DNA of 64,000 bases from Desulfatiglandales bacterium (GTDB lineage Bacteria > Desulfobacterota > DSM-4660 > Desulfatiglandales > HGW-15): NCBI GenBank assembly GCA_963667015.2, contig CAXXJJ010000001.1, positions 640,001 to 704,000 on the forward strand, read 5' to 3'. Of the stretch, positions 38,637 to 48,023 are shown in pieces. The notes beneath the pieces are model-generated. The model saw nothing but the letters and a program-made list of their open reading frames with translations. It made no database searches and was not told the origin of the DNA. Made by a program: the position numbers and the translations under genes. Positions within the stretch are counted from its first letter, which is position 1; each line of letters opens with the position of its first letter.

Positions 38637-39200
38637 ATGAATAAAAAAGAACAGATTCTTCAGGATATAGCTGAATTATTTTATATTAATGGTTACGAAA
38701 AGACCTCTATAAGGGATATTTCAAAGTCGCTCAATATAAGTAAACCTGGCCTTTATTACCATTTTACCAACAAGCAGGAGATGCTTTTTGACATGATCTA
38801 TGATTTCATGGAAAAAACCAATCTCCATCTTTTTAATGAATTATCAAAGCTGGATACACCCGAAGATAAACTGCTTTGCATAATACGAAATCATATAGGT
38901 TTTTTCATAAAATATCCTGCCCAGATGAGAGTGCTTATTTATGAGGCCCATTCCCTTGAAGATGAGTATTATCAGAAGTTTAAGCATAAGCAGCTTGAAT
39001 ATAAGGTTGTTATAAAAGAGATTCTGCAGGAAATTCTGAAAAAGAACAATTCAAAGAGGAATATTAATGTAGTTACCTTTATGCTGCTTGGCATGCTTAA
39101 CTGGATCATACAGTGGTACGAGCCCAAAGGTATAGTTTCACCTGATAATCTGGCTGAAGAGATGTATTCTTTTTTTATAAACGGACTAAAGGAAAACTAA
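38637..39200 (+). CDS. TetR/AcrR-family regulator (KstR2-like C-terminus)
   Basis: GYEKTSIRDI..SKPGLYYHFTNKQEML, GMLNWIIQWY. Confidence 0.92.
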   Translation: MNKKEQILQDIAELFYINGYEKTSIRDISKSLNISKPGLYYHFTNKQEMLFDMIYDFMEKTNLHLFNELSKLDTPEDKLLCIIRNHIGFFIKYPAQMRVLIYEAHSLEDEYYQKFKHKQLEYKVVIKEILQEILKKNNSKRNINVVTFMLLGMLNWIIQWYEPKGIVSPDNLAEEMYSFFINGLKEN

Positions 39201-39239
39201 ATTATTTCAATAAATTAATTACTATTAAAGGAAATTTAT

Positions 39240-41039
39240 ATGGAACAGTGGACTCTCCCCAAGGTCTTTTTCGATCAGTTGAATCGGCTTCAGGATAAAA
39301 CATTTCTCATTCACAAAAAAGACGGCCAGTGGCAGCACGTATTCTGGGCGGAAGTGGGGGAAAAGGTCCGAAACCTTGCACTCGGTCTCATGAAACTTGG
39401 AGTAAAAAAGGGAGATCGTGTATCGGTTATATCTGAAACAAGGCCCGATTATGCCTATACTGTTACCGCAATCGCCAATTCGGGTGCAATATTTGCCGGT
39501 ATTTATCAGACTAACAGCCTCAAAGAATGCATCCATGTCATAAATGATTCAGGTGCAAAGATTGTTTTTGCAGAAAATAAAGAACAGTGTGATAAAATAC
39601 TGAAGGTATCTGAAAGCTGTCCCCAGATTGAAAAGATTATTGTATTTGATCCCTTTCCTGCAATGGATAATTCCAAACTCATGACACTGGATGACCTGTA
39701 TGCACTTGGAAAAGAGGAATATCGTCAAAAGGGCGAGAGAGAGTACCTGGAAAGGCTTAATCGGGTGGAGCCTGAAGACGTAACAGCTATCATCTATACC
39801 TCAGGTACAACCGGTCCCCCCAAGGGTGTTCTGGATACTAACCGCGGTATATTGATGAATTTGAGAGAGTATACGAAGTTTTTCCCTGTTAGTGAAACTG
39901 ACAGGGGTTTAAGCTTTTTGCCAATGGCCCATGCCCTTGAGCTGCGAAATGGTCACTGGCTGCATATTACTTTTGGTATCGAGCAGGTGTATGCTGAAGG
40001 GATGAGGCAGCTTTTTGATAATGTCAGGGAGATGAATCCCACGTTCTTTTTCACTACACCAAGGTTTTTTGAAAAACATTATAATAACATCTCTGCGGAA
40101 ATTGAAAATGCACCGGGATGGAAGAAGGCAATAATTAAGTGGTGCCTGAAGATCGGGGCAAAATACAATGACGATTCATGGAATGTGAAAGGAACAACGC
40201 CGGATATTCTTACCAGTATAAAATATGTCCTGGCAATGAGTCTGTTTATTAACAGTGTTCGTGAACGTGTCGGACGCAAGCTCAGGTATGGCGGTGTGGG
40301 CGGCGCTCCCATGACTGCTGATATGCTCAATTTTTTCCGTGCCTGCGGATTTCCCCTTTATGAGGGCTATGGCCTTACAGAAGGCTGCGGGCAGCTCGCC
40401 ATTAACAGGCCGGGTGTTTTCAAGTTCGGTACGGTTGGTAAACCTCTGGATGGAATAGAGGTAAAACTGAAGGATGACGGTGAAATCATTGCTAAGGGCT
40501 GGCTCTGCACACCGGGGTACTGGAACAATAAAGCTGCAACCGATGAACTGTATGAAGACGGCTGGCTTAATACAGGGGATATTGGCACTTTTGACGAGGA
40601 TGGTTTTCTGAAAATAACCGGACGAAAAAAGGAGATTATCATTACATCAGGCGGGAAAAACGTATCCCCATCTTACATAGAAAATATTCTTAAGCTGAGT
40701 GCCTTTATCAGCCAGGCTGTTGTCTTTGGGGAAGGGAAGGATTATATTACCGCTCTACTCACCCTCAATCAGGAAGAGGTGGAAAGATACGCCAAAAAGA
40801 ATGATATCCTGTATACCGATTATGCGGATCTCATATCAAAAAAAGAGATACTGGATCTTGTTCAGCGGGAAATAGATACTCAGAATAAAGAACTGGCAAA
40901 GATTGAAAATATACGCAGGTTCACCATCCTAAAGGATGAATTCAGCCAGGAAAGAGAAGAAGTAACCCCGACTTTTAAGATAAAGAGAAGGGTTATCAAC
41001 GAGAGATATGCAGATCTTGTTGCAAAGATGTATGAATAA
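39240..41039 (+). CDS. Long-chain acyl-CoA synthetase
   Basis: YTSGTTGPPKG, EGYGLTE, TGDIG, ITSGGKNV, TPTFKIKR. Confidence 0.92.
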   Translation: MEQWTLPKVFFDQLNRLQDKTFLIHKKDGQWQHVFWAEVGEKVRNLALGLMKLGVKKGDRVSVISETRPDYAYTVTAIANSGAIFAGIYQTNSLKECIHVINDSGAKIVFAENKEQCDKILKVSESCPQIEKIIVFDPFPAMDNSKLMTLDDLYALGKEEYRQKGEREYLERLNRVEPEDVTAIIYTSGTTGPPKGVLDTNRGILMNLREYTKFFPVSETDRGLSFLPMAHALELRNGHWLHITFGIEQVYAEGMRQLFDNVREMNPTFFFTTPRFFEKHYNNISAEIENAPGWKKAIIKWCLKIGAKYNDDSWNVKGTTPDILTSIKYVLAMSLFINSVRERVGRKLRYGGVGGAPMTADMLNFFRACGFPLYEGYGLTEGCGQLAINRPGVFKFGTVGKPLDGIEVKLKDDGEIIAKGWLCTPGYWNNKAATDELYEDGWLNTGDIGTFDEDGFLKITGRKKEIIITSGGKNVSPSYIENILKLSAFISQAVVFGEGKDYITALLTLNQEEVERYAKKNDILYTDYADLISKKEILDLVQREIDTQNKELAKIENIRRFTILKDEFSQEREEVTPTFKIKRRVINERYADLVAKMYE

Positions 41040-41139
41040 AAGCGCGGTATAAGGTTTACGGTATACGGTACGCGGTTAAAGAAACATATAAATATAGATT
41101 GAAAACAAGTATAAAAATACCAGGTAATTGGAGGTAAAA

Positions 41140-41928
41140 ATGTCTGAATATGAAACCATTATTTATGAAGTAAAAGATCATGTAGCAAAGTTAACGCTTA
41201 ACAGGCCGGATAAACTGAATGCAATGACCGGTACAACCTTTCAGGAAATAACCGATGCCCTGAATGAAGCTGAAAAAGACAATAATGTAAGGGTACTGAT
41301 AATTACTGGAAACGGAAGGGCCTTCTGTGCAGGCGTTGATCTTAAGTTCGCAGCAAAGGAACTGACAAACCTTAAATCCCAGACAGACTTTCTTACAGTT
41401 GGAAAGGAACTGCTGGTTAAGATTGAAAGCCTTTCAAAGCCGGTTATCGCGGCTATTAACGGCCTTGCCCTTGCCGGCGGATTTGAACTGCTGCTTGCGG
41501 CGGATCTGGCTGTTGCAGTTGAAGACGCCATGATCGGTGATCAGCACATGAAGGTCGGAATGTTCGGCGCCGGCGGTACCCCATACAGGCTTCCTTTGCT
41601 TGTTGGTCTCAGGAAGGCAAAGGAACTTTTACTTACAGGTAAATGGGTGTCAGGCAAGGAAGCTGAAAAGATAGGCCTGGTAAACAAGGCTGTTCCGGCA
41701 GCCGAGTTTGAGAAGGCTGTTGATGAAATGGCAGCAGAACTGGCGGATAAGAGCCCGACAGCCATGAGACTGACAAAGTCATATATCAATAAATCAATAA
41801 TGGCTGATGCCGATGTAAGGCTTGAAGCAGCAATGCTTTCAGCAATTGTAAACGATACATCGGAAGATCATGAAGAGGCTCTTAAGGCCTTTGGTGAAAA
41901 GAGAAAACCGGAGTTTACGGGGAAATAA
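41140..41928 (+). CDS. Enoyl-CoA hydratase/isomerase (crotonase) family protein
   Basis: LNRPDKLNA, AFCAGVDL, ALAGGFEL. GGAGG RBS precedes ATG at 41140. Confidence 0.9.
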   Translation: MSEYETIIYEVKDHVAKLTLNRPDKLNAMTGTTFQEITDALNEAEKDNNVRVLIITGNGRAFCAGVDLKFAAKELTNLKSQTDFLTVGKELLVKIESLSKPVIAAINGLALAGGFELLLAADLAVAVEDAMIGDQHMKVGMFGAGGTPYRLPLLVGLRKAKELLLTGKWVSGKEAEKIGLVNKAVPAAEFEKAVDEMAAELADKSPTAMRLTKSYINKSIMADADVRLEAAMLSAIVNDTSEDHEEALKAFGEKRKPEFTGK

Positions 41929-42054
41929 TACTCAAGCATTCAGCGGTCAGCTATCAGCGGTCAGTAAAGGCTTTTTAAAAAGCTAAAACTGATAGCCAGA
42001 ATAGAACTCTCAGATTTTCAATCTGGGTTTAAAAAATAAAAGGAGTATGAATTT

Positions 42055-43251
42055 ATGCAAGCCTTATCAGGCCTAAAAGTCCTTGATTTAAGCAGATTTG
42101 CTCCAGGACCGTTCTGTACGGGTATCCTTGGTGATATGGGTGCAGATATAATAAAGATTGAGGAGGCAGGTAAACCTACCGGAAGACGTGCCGGCGGTCC
42201 GGCTGTCCCGGTCGTCAGGGAGTTTGCTCCGCCAGATTCACCCTTTGATCCTTTAAACAGAAACAAGAGAAGCATTGGTTTGAACCTGAAAAGTGATGAG
42301 GGAAAAGATATCTTTTATAGACTTGCAAAGGATGCTGACATTGTAGTTGAGGGATTCAGGCCCGGCGTTACAGACAGGCTTGGTATCGGGTATGAAAAAC
42401 TGAAGGTGATCAACAGGGGCATCATATACTGCGCAATAACAGGTTATGGGCAGGATGGGCCATACAGATTTTTACCGGGTCATGATGTAAACTATATTTC
42501 ACAGGCTGGTTACTTCAATATATTGAAAAAGCCGATCCCGCCCGGCAATCTTGTCGGTGATATTGCAGGCGGCGGCATGCAGGCCGTTATAGGAATACTC
42601 GCAGCAGTGATCGCAAGGCAGAAGACAGGTGCAGGCCAGCTTGTGGACATATCAATAACCGACGGAGTCGTCTCCCAGCTTGGGCCCTACTTTGCCGCCT
42701 ACTCCATGAACAATAATAACATGCCTGATGAAACGGACATGGTAAGCACGGGTACTGTTCCTTTTTACAATATATATGAGGCAAAGGACGGTAAAAAACT
42801 GAGCCTTGGCTGCTCGGAACCGTGGTTTTTTGTGAATCTCTGCAAGGCCCTTGATTGCGAAGACATGATTCCTTTACAGAATGAAATTGATAAATTTGAT
42901 GAGGTAACAAAAATATTTACGGAAAAATTCCTCACCAAAACAAGGGATGAGTGGTTTGATATCCTGACACAGTCGGATGTTGCTGTAAGCAAGCTCCTCG
43001 AGTTTGATGAGCTGGCTGATGACCCGCAGCTGAAACACCGGAACATGATAGTTGAGCTGGAACATCCCGAATTGGGAAGAGTGAAACAGGCCGGTATCTC
43101 AATCAAGCTTTCAGAGACTCCCGGCAGCATAAAGAAATTTGCCCCTAAAAGGGGAGAGGATGCTGTAGATATCCTGATGGAAATAGGATACAGCAAAGAG
43201 GAAATAGAAAGGTTTGAAGAGAAGGATGTGATATATGCCGGAAGGCTTTAA
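42055..43251 (+). CDS. CaiB/BaiF class III CoA-transferase (AMACR-like)
   Basis: LDLSRFAPGP, NRNKRSI, FRPGV..RLG, GYGQDGP, GHDVNY. Confidence 0.92.
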   Translation: MQALSGLKVLDLSRFAPGPFCTGILGDMGADIIKIEEAGKPTGRRAGGPAVPVVREFAPPDSPFDPLNRNKRSIGLNLKSDEGKDIFYRLAKDADIVVEGFRPGVTDRLGIGYEKLKVINRGIIYCAITGYGQDGPYRFLPGHDVNYISQAGYFNILKKPIPPGNLVGDIAGGGMQAVIGILAAVIARQKTGAGQLVDISITDGVVSQLGPYFAAYSMNNNNMPDETDMVSTGTVPFYNIYEAKDGKKLSLGCSEPWFFVNLCKALDCEDMIPLQNEIDKFDEVTKIFTEKFLTKTRDEWFDILTQSDVAVSKLLEFDELADDPQLKHRNMIVELEHPELGRVKQAGISIKLSETPGSIKKFAPKRGEDAVDILMEIGYSKEEIERFEEKDVIYAGRL

Positions 43252-43263
43252 ATATAGAAAAAT

Positions 43264-43324
43264 GTAAAGACGGGTCCTTGTCCAGCATAGCCTTCGGGCG
43301 ACTGCGGATTAAACCTGTCTTTAC
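43264..43324. repeat. REP-like element, second copy
   Basis: GTAAAGACGGGT...GCGGATTAAACCTGTCTTTAC. Same 61-bp length as 34611-34671. Confidence 0.7.
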
Positions 43325-43354
43325 GAAAGGAAATTCGAAAAAACGGAGAAAAAT

Positions 43355-43768
43355 ATGACAGATAATAAGATACCAATACAGGAAGGTTTGTTTGTTGAGG
43401 AGGATGGGAAGGCATACCTGCTCGGTAATAAATGCAAAAAATGCGGTCTTACGGCATTCCAGAAAACACCGGTCTGTCCGACATGCCAGGTGCCGGACAC
43501 AATGGAAGATACGAAATTCGAGGGAAAGGGAACGCTTGACAGTTTCAGTATAGTTCAGGCCGCCCTTCCGGGATTTGCAATGCCTTCTATCCAGGCCTAT
43601 GTCAACCTTGAAAACGGCCCGAAGATATGGACCCTCATAACCGGCTGTGAACCGACCGAAGACTCCCTGAAGCTGGGTATGAAAATGGAAATGGTCATAG
43701 ACAAGGTAAGGGTAGATGAAGAAGGCAACGAACTGATCAGTTATCAATTTAAACCTGCTGGTCAATAA
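43355..43768 (+). CDS. DUF35 Zn-ribbon/OB-fold protein
   Basis: CKKC..CPTC, GKGTLDSFS, VNLENG. Directly upstream of the thiolase. Confidence 0.88.
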   Translation: MTDNKIPIQEGLFVEEDGKAYLLGNKCKKCGLTAFQKTPVCPTCQVPDTMEDTKFEGKGTLDSFSIVQAALPGFAMPSIQAYVNLENGPKIWTLITGCEPTEDSLKLGMKMEMVIDKVRVDEEGNELISYQFKPAGQ

Positions 43769-43783
43769 GGAAGGAGGATAGCC

Positions 43784-44944
43784 GTGAGAGAAGTATCAAT
43801 TATTGGGGTCGGGATGACCCGTTTTGGAAAGTTTGAAGATCGCGACATGAAGGACCTGGGCCGTGAGGCAACATGGAAGGCCTTGGAAGATTCGGGTGTA
43901 GCGATTAAAGATATAGATGTAGCATATGTAGCCAATGCAGTAGGACAGCAGCTTACTGAACTTAAGGGAACCATTGGACAGCATGTTTTAACATCTGCCG
44001 GCATGTTCGGTACCCCTATAATAAATGTTGAAAACGCATGCAGCGGTGGTTCAACTGCCCTAAGAGGCGCCTATATGGAAGTTGCTTCAGGCAATGCAGA
44101 TGTTGCCCTTGCCCTTGGTGTTGAGAAGCTTTTCTGCGGCGACTCTGCAAAATCCGCACAGACAATGGCTGCCGGAACAGTATATGCCAAGTTCGGGTTT
44201 ATGTTTGTAGCTCTTTATGCCATGCAGCTTAAAAAATGGATGGCAGCATCAGGTGCAACAAAAGAGCATTTTGCAAAGGTTGCAGCAAAGAATAAGTATA
44301 ACGGATCTCTTAATCCCTATGCACAGTTCCAGAAGGCAATGACCGTTGAGCAGATCCTGGAGTCACGTGTTGTTGCAGAGCCTTTAACACAGTTCATGTG
44401 TTCAACCATGGCTGACGGTGCTGCCGCAGCAATCGTATGCAGCAAAGAGATGGCTTCCAAGTTTAAACAGAAACAGCCTGTAAATATTGCTGCATGTGAA
44501 CTTGTATCCGGTACATACAATGTTCCGGGGCAGGAACATGAAGAAATTACAACAAGGGCTGCCAAAAAGGCATACGAAAAGGCCGGTATTGGTCCTGAGG
44601 ATGTACAGGTAGTAGAGGTGCACGATGCCATGTCTCCTGCAGAGCTTAGAATGTATGAAGAACTTCTTCTCTGTAAACCGGGTGAAGCAGGAATGATGAT
44701 CGATGAAGGTCATACAACACTTACCGGAAGAATACCTGTAAATCCGAGCGGCGGTCTTGCCGCTAAAGGTCATCCTATTTCAGCAACCGGTCTGGCGCAG
44801 ATATATGAAATAGTAACCCAGCTCAGGGGCGAAGCAGGAGAAAGACAGGTAATAAATAATCCCAGGATTGGTCTTACAGAAAATGCCGGCGGCTGGACAA
44901 TGGATGACAATGCTGCCTGTGCCGTTACGATTCTTAAAAAATAG
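43784..44944 (+). CDS. SCP2-type thiolase-family protein
   Basis: GVGMTRFGK, VENACSGG, EVHDA, NPSGGL..KGHP..ATG. Confidence 0.92.
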   Translation: MREVSIIGVGMTRFGKFEDRDMKDLGREATWKALEDSGVAIKDIDVAYVANAVGQQLTELKGTIGQHVLTSAGMFGTPIINVENACSGGSTALRGAYMEVASGNADVALALGVEKLFCGDSAKSAQTMAAGTVYAKFGFMFVALYAMQLKKWMAASGATKEHFAKVAAKNKYNGSLNPYAQFQKAMTVEQILESRVVAEPLTQFMCSTMADGAAAAIVCSKEMASKFKQKQPVNIAACELVSGTYNVPGQEHEEITTRAAKKAYEKAGIGPEDVQVVEVHDAMSPAELRMYEELLLCKPGEAGMMIDEGHTTLTGRIPVNPSGGLAAKGHPISATGLAQIYEIVTQLRGEAGERQVINNPRIGLTENAGGWTMDDNAACAVTILKK

Positions 44945-44962
44945 AATAGAAGGAGATAAATT

Positions 44963-45814
44963 ATGGAAATAAAAAAAGTCGGCGTTGTGGGTTGCGGTAT
45001 CATGGGCTGTGGAATTGCCCAGGTATGTGCACAGGCAGGTTATGATGTAATAGTAATGGATACCAAAGACGAGTACCTTGATAAAGGTTTTGCCACGATA
45101 GAAAAGGTCCTTACCCGGTCTGTGGAAAAGGAAAGAATTACCGCTGATGAAAAAACTGCTATCCAGTCAAGGATAAATAGGACCCTGACCCTGGATGAAT
45201 TTTCGGATGTTGATTATGTTGTTGAAGCAGTTGTGGAAAATCTTGAAATCAAACAGGATGTATTTAAAGCACTGGATAAGGCCTGTCCGGAACATACAAT
45301 CCTTGCTTCAAATACATCGACAATCAGTGTTATTAATATTGCAGCAGCAACCAACAGGCCCCACAAGGTGATTGGTACCCATTTTTCAAATCCTGTACCT
45401 CTCATGAAGGTTGTTGAGGTTATTAATGCAATTTCAACAGAAGAAGAGACAACCAATGTTACAAGACAATTCCTTGAATCAATAGAAAAGACAATGGTTG
45501 TATCAAAGGATGTTCCCGGATTCCTTTCAAACAGGATACTTACACCATTCCTGTTAAACGCGGTGCGTATGGTTGAGGCCGGCGTCGGTACAAAGGAAGA
45601 TATTGATACCCTTATTACACAGGGACTTAGACACCCAATGGGTCCTTTGACACTTCTGGACCTTATTGGAATCGACACAGTTTATCGCGGTGCAATGACC
45701 ATTTATGAAGAAATCAAAGATCCCCAGTATCTGCCTCCTACACTGATGAAACAGATGGTAATTGCCGGGTGGCATGGTCGCAAGACAGGAAAAGGTTTTT
45801 ACGAATATAAATAA
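44963..45814 (+). CDS. 3-hydroxyacyl-CoA dehydrogenase (Hbd-like)
   Basis: GCGIMGCG, EAVVE, ASNTS, HFSNP, HPMGP, GRKTGKGFY. Confidence 0.93.
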   Translation: MEIKKVGVVGCGIMGCGIAQVCAQAGYDVIVMDTKDEYLDKGFATIEKVLTRSVEKERITADEKTAIQSRINRTLTLDEFSDVDYVVEAVVENLEIKQDVFKALDKACPEHTILASNTSTISVINIAAATNRPHKVIGTHFSNPVPLMKVVEVINAISTEEETTNVTRQFLESIEKTMVVSKDVPGFLSNRILTPFLLNAVRMVEAGVGTKEDIDTLITQGLRHPMGPLTLLDLIGIDTVYRGAMTIYEEIKDPQYLPPTLMKQMVIAGWHGRKTGKGFYEYK

Positions 45815-45827
45815 CCAGGAGAGTGTT

Positions 45828-46493
45828 ATGGAAAATTCCGAATTAGTTGCCAAATTATCGGCAAGAGTAGAAGAGCTTGAAAAAAGGCTTCAAAACCTTG
45901 AGGATGTGGAAGCTATTAAAAAGCTCCAGAGGGCATATGGATATTATCTGGATAAAATGATGTGGGATGAACTGGTTGATTGCTTTTCTGAAGACGGTTC
46001 TCTTGAACTTGCCCAGAGGGGTGTTTACATAGGCAAAAAGAACATAAGGAAACTGATGGATCTTATGCCTGATGGCCAGAACGGTATTCAGTACGGGCTG
46101 CTCATGAACCACATGAACCTGCAGGGTATAGTAAATGTTGACCCTGACGGCAAAACCGCCAAGGCAAGGTGGCGCATGTTCGGACAGGTAGGAAAATGGA
46201 AGGAAAAGGCCTTCTGGGCCGAGGGTACATATGAGAATACATATGTAAAAGAGGACGGGATCTGGAAGGCCAAATCCATGCATGTCTATACAACCTACAT
46301 GACACCCTTTGACAAGGGCTGGGGCGTGGAATACGAAAATTTTATTCCAAAGCCGGATCCAAACTGTCCGCCGGATCTGCCGCCCACAGAAGTATTTGGC
46401 GATTTCCCGAATGTTTATATCCCGCCTTTCCATTATGTACACCCGGTTACAGGTAAACCGGTTGACACAAGGATAAAGGGGCAGGATAAATAG
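45828..46493 (+). CDS. SnoaL/NTF2-like protein (BaiE/LinA-type fold)
   Basis: LEDVEAIKKLQRAYGYYLD, TAKARW, YENTYVKEDGIWK. AGGAG precedes ATG at 45828. Confidence 0.85.
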   Translation: MENSELVAKLSARVEELEKRLQNLEDVEAIKKLQRAYGYYLDKMMWDELVDCFSEDGSLELAQRGVYIGKKNIRKLMDLMPDGQNGIQYGLLMNHMNLQGIVNVDPDGKTAKARWRMFGQVGKWKEKAFWAEGTYENTYVKEDGIWKAKSMHVYTTYMTPFDKGWGVEYENFIPKPDPNCPPDLPPTEVFGDFPNVYIPPFHYVHPVTGKPVDTRIKGQDK

Positions 46494-46583
46494 CGCTGTG
46501 CCGTCAACGGAGTTGTTTGATAAAACATTGATTTTAATATATGTTATATTAATAAATTAACTTGATATTGAGGTTTGTTAAAA

Positions 46584-46727
46584 ATGAAAGAACAGGAAAA
46601 ACAGGTTGTAAATATTTCAGAGGCGGCAAGTAATGACAGCCCAGAAACAAAGGAAGAAGATATCTTCAACACCACAGAGATCAAGCTTGAAGAGATGGCG
46701 ATTGATGGTATCTGCGGAGTTTATTAG
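46584..46727 (+). CDS. mftA: Mycofactocin precursor peptide (variant type), not in ORF track
   Basis: 47 aa, MKEQEKQVVNISEAASNDSPETKEEDIFNTTEIKLEEMAIDGICGVY*. GAGG RBS; lies directly before mftB. Confidence 0.95.
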   Translation: MKEQEKQVVNISEAASNDSPETKEEDIFNTTEIKLEEMAIDGICGVY

Positions 46728-46732
46728 CCTGT

Positions 46733-46996
46733 ATGTCTGAATTAAAGTACAAACTGGCAGTGGGTTCTCAGGTCAGGGAAGAGGATTTTGGTCTTCTTTT
46801 CTATAGAATGAACGGGCCCCGGCTTTATTTTATCTCTTCGGGTGATCTCATCTCTCCTGATTTTTTTGAAGGGACAATGACACTTGAAGAATGGATAGAA
46901 AAGAATAATAAAAGGGGTGTTGGCGAGGCAGGAATTTCCGAACTGGTGAAGATTCTCGCTCAGTTATCGGAAAAAGGAGTTATCGTTGAGTGCTGA
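46733..46996 (+). CDS. mftB: Mycofactocin peptide chaperone (RRE)
   Basis: QVREEDFGLLFY..PRLYF; lies between the precursor and the radical SAM gene. Confidence 0.9.
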   Translation: MSELKYKLAVGSQVREEDFGLLFYRMNGPRLYFISSGDLISPDFFEGTMTLEEWIEKNNKRGVGEAGISELVKILAQLSEKGVIVEC

Positions 46997-48011
46997 AATG
47001 GCAAAAAACGGCCTGAGGGCGCCGGTTAATGTTACCTGGGAAATTACTCTTAAGTGCAATCTGCGCTGTGTACACTGTCTTTCAAATTCAGGGGATAGCT
47101 CAAAAGACGAGTTGAATACATCAGAGTGTATGAATCTCATCGATGACCTGACAGCCCTTAAGGTTTTTCAGGTCAATATAGGCGGCGGCGAACCCTTTAT
47201 CAGGGACGATTTCCCTGATCTCCTTGACTACAGCCATAAAAAAGGTCTTGTTACCTGTGTGAGTACAAATGGCGTTGCACTTGATAACAGCATTGCCAAA
47301 CGGCTTTCGGCAATGAATATGCTTTATCTGCAGGTAAGCCTGGATGGTGCTGATGAGGAAACAAATGACCGTATCCGCGGCAATGGGACATATAAAAAGG
47401 TCCTCAATGCAATAGAAACCCTTACTTCCAATAACGTAAAATTCAGTATAAATACAGTTCTTACCCGTACTAATTTTGAACAGCTTGAAACACTAAGGAA
47501 TATGGCAGGTGAGTATGGCGCTGAACTCCGCGTTTCAAGATTCAGGCCGGCAGGCAGGGGAAAATCGAGCAAGGCCGATCTTGGACCAACCCCGGAACAG
47601 CTTGAGTATTTTGCCGAATGGCTTGAAAATAACGATCTTGTCAGGACAGGTGATTCATTCTTCTGCCTTACCTCTGATCACAGAAGGCAGAAGGGTCTTG
47701 ATATGTGCGGTGCCGCAAAAATGACCTGCTGTATATCACCCGACGGAAATGTTTATCCCTGCGCCTTTCTTCAGGAGCCTCCTTTTCTGTCCGGGAATGT
47801 CCGTGAAAAAACCTTTAAAGAAATATGGGACACCTCGCCCGTACTTGATCAGTTCAGAAATATCAATGTGAAGTCATGTGTTGACTGCTACCGGTTTGAT
47901 GTCTGCAGGGGGGGCTGTCCGGCCATGGCCTATCACACATATCATGATATCAATATGCCCGATCCGGAATGCCTTGTTAACCTGAAAATAGGCACTAAAA
48001 GTGTCGGGTAA
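46986..48011 (+). CDS. mftC: Mycofactocin radical SAM maturase
   Basis: APVNVTWEIT..CNLRCVHCLS, VFQVNIGGGEP, LRVSRFRPAGRG, TGDSFF, MCGA..CCISPDGNVYPCAF, CRGGC..PDPEC (SPASM). Confidence 0.93.
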   Translation: MSAEMAKNGLRAPVNVTWEITLKCNLRCVHCLSNSGDSSKDELNTSECMNLIDDLTALKVFQVNIGGGEPFIRDDFPDLLDYSHKKGLVTCVSTNGVALDNSIAKRLSAMNMLYLQVSLDGADEETNDRIRGNGTYKKVLNAIETLTSNNVKFSINTVLTRTNFEQLETLRNMAGEYGAELRVSRFRPAGRGKSSKADLGPTPEQLEYFAEWLENNDLVRTGDSFFCLTSDHRRQKGLDMCGAAKMTCCISPDGNVYPCAFLQEPPFLSGNVREKTFKEIWDTSPVLDQFRNINVKSCVDCYRFDVCRGGCPAMAYHTYHDINMPDPECLVNLKIGTKSVG

Positions 48012-48023
48012 GACCGAACAGAC

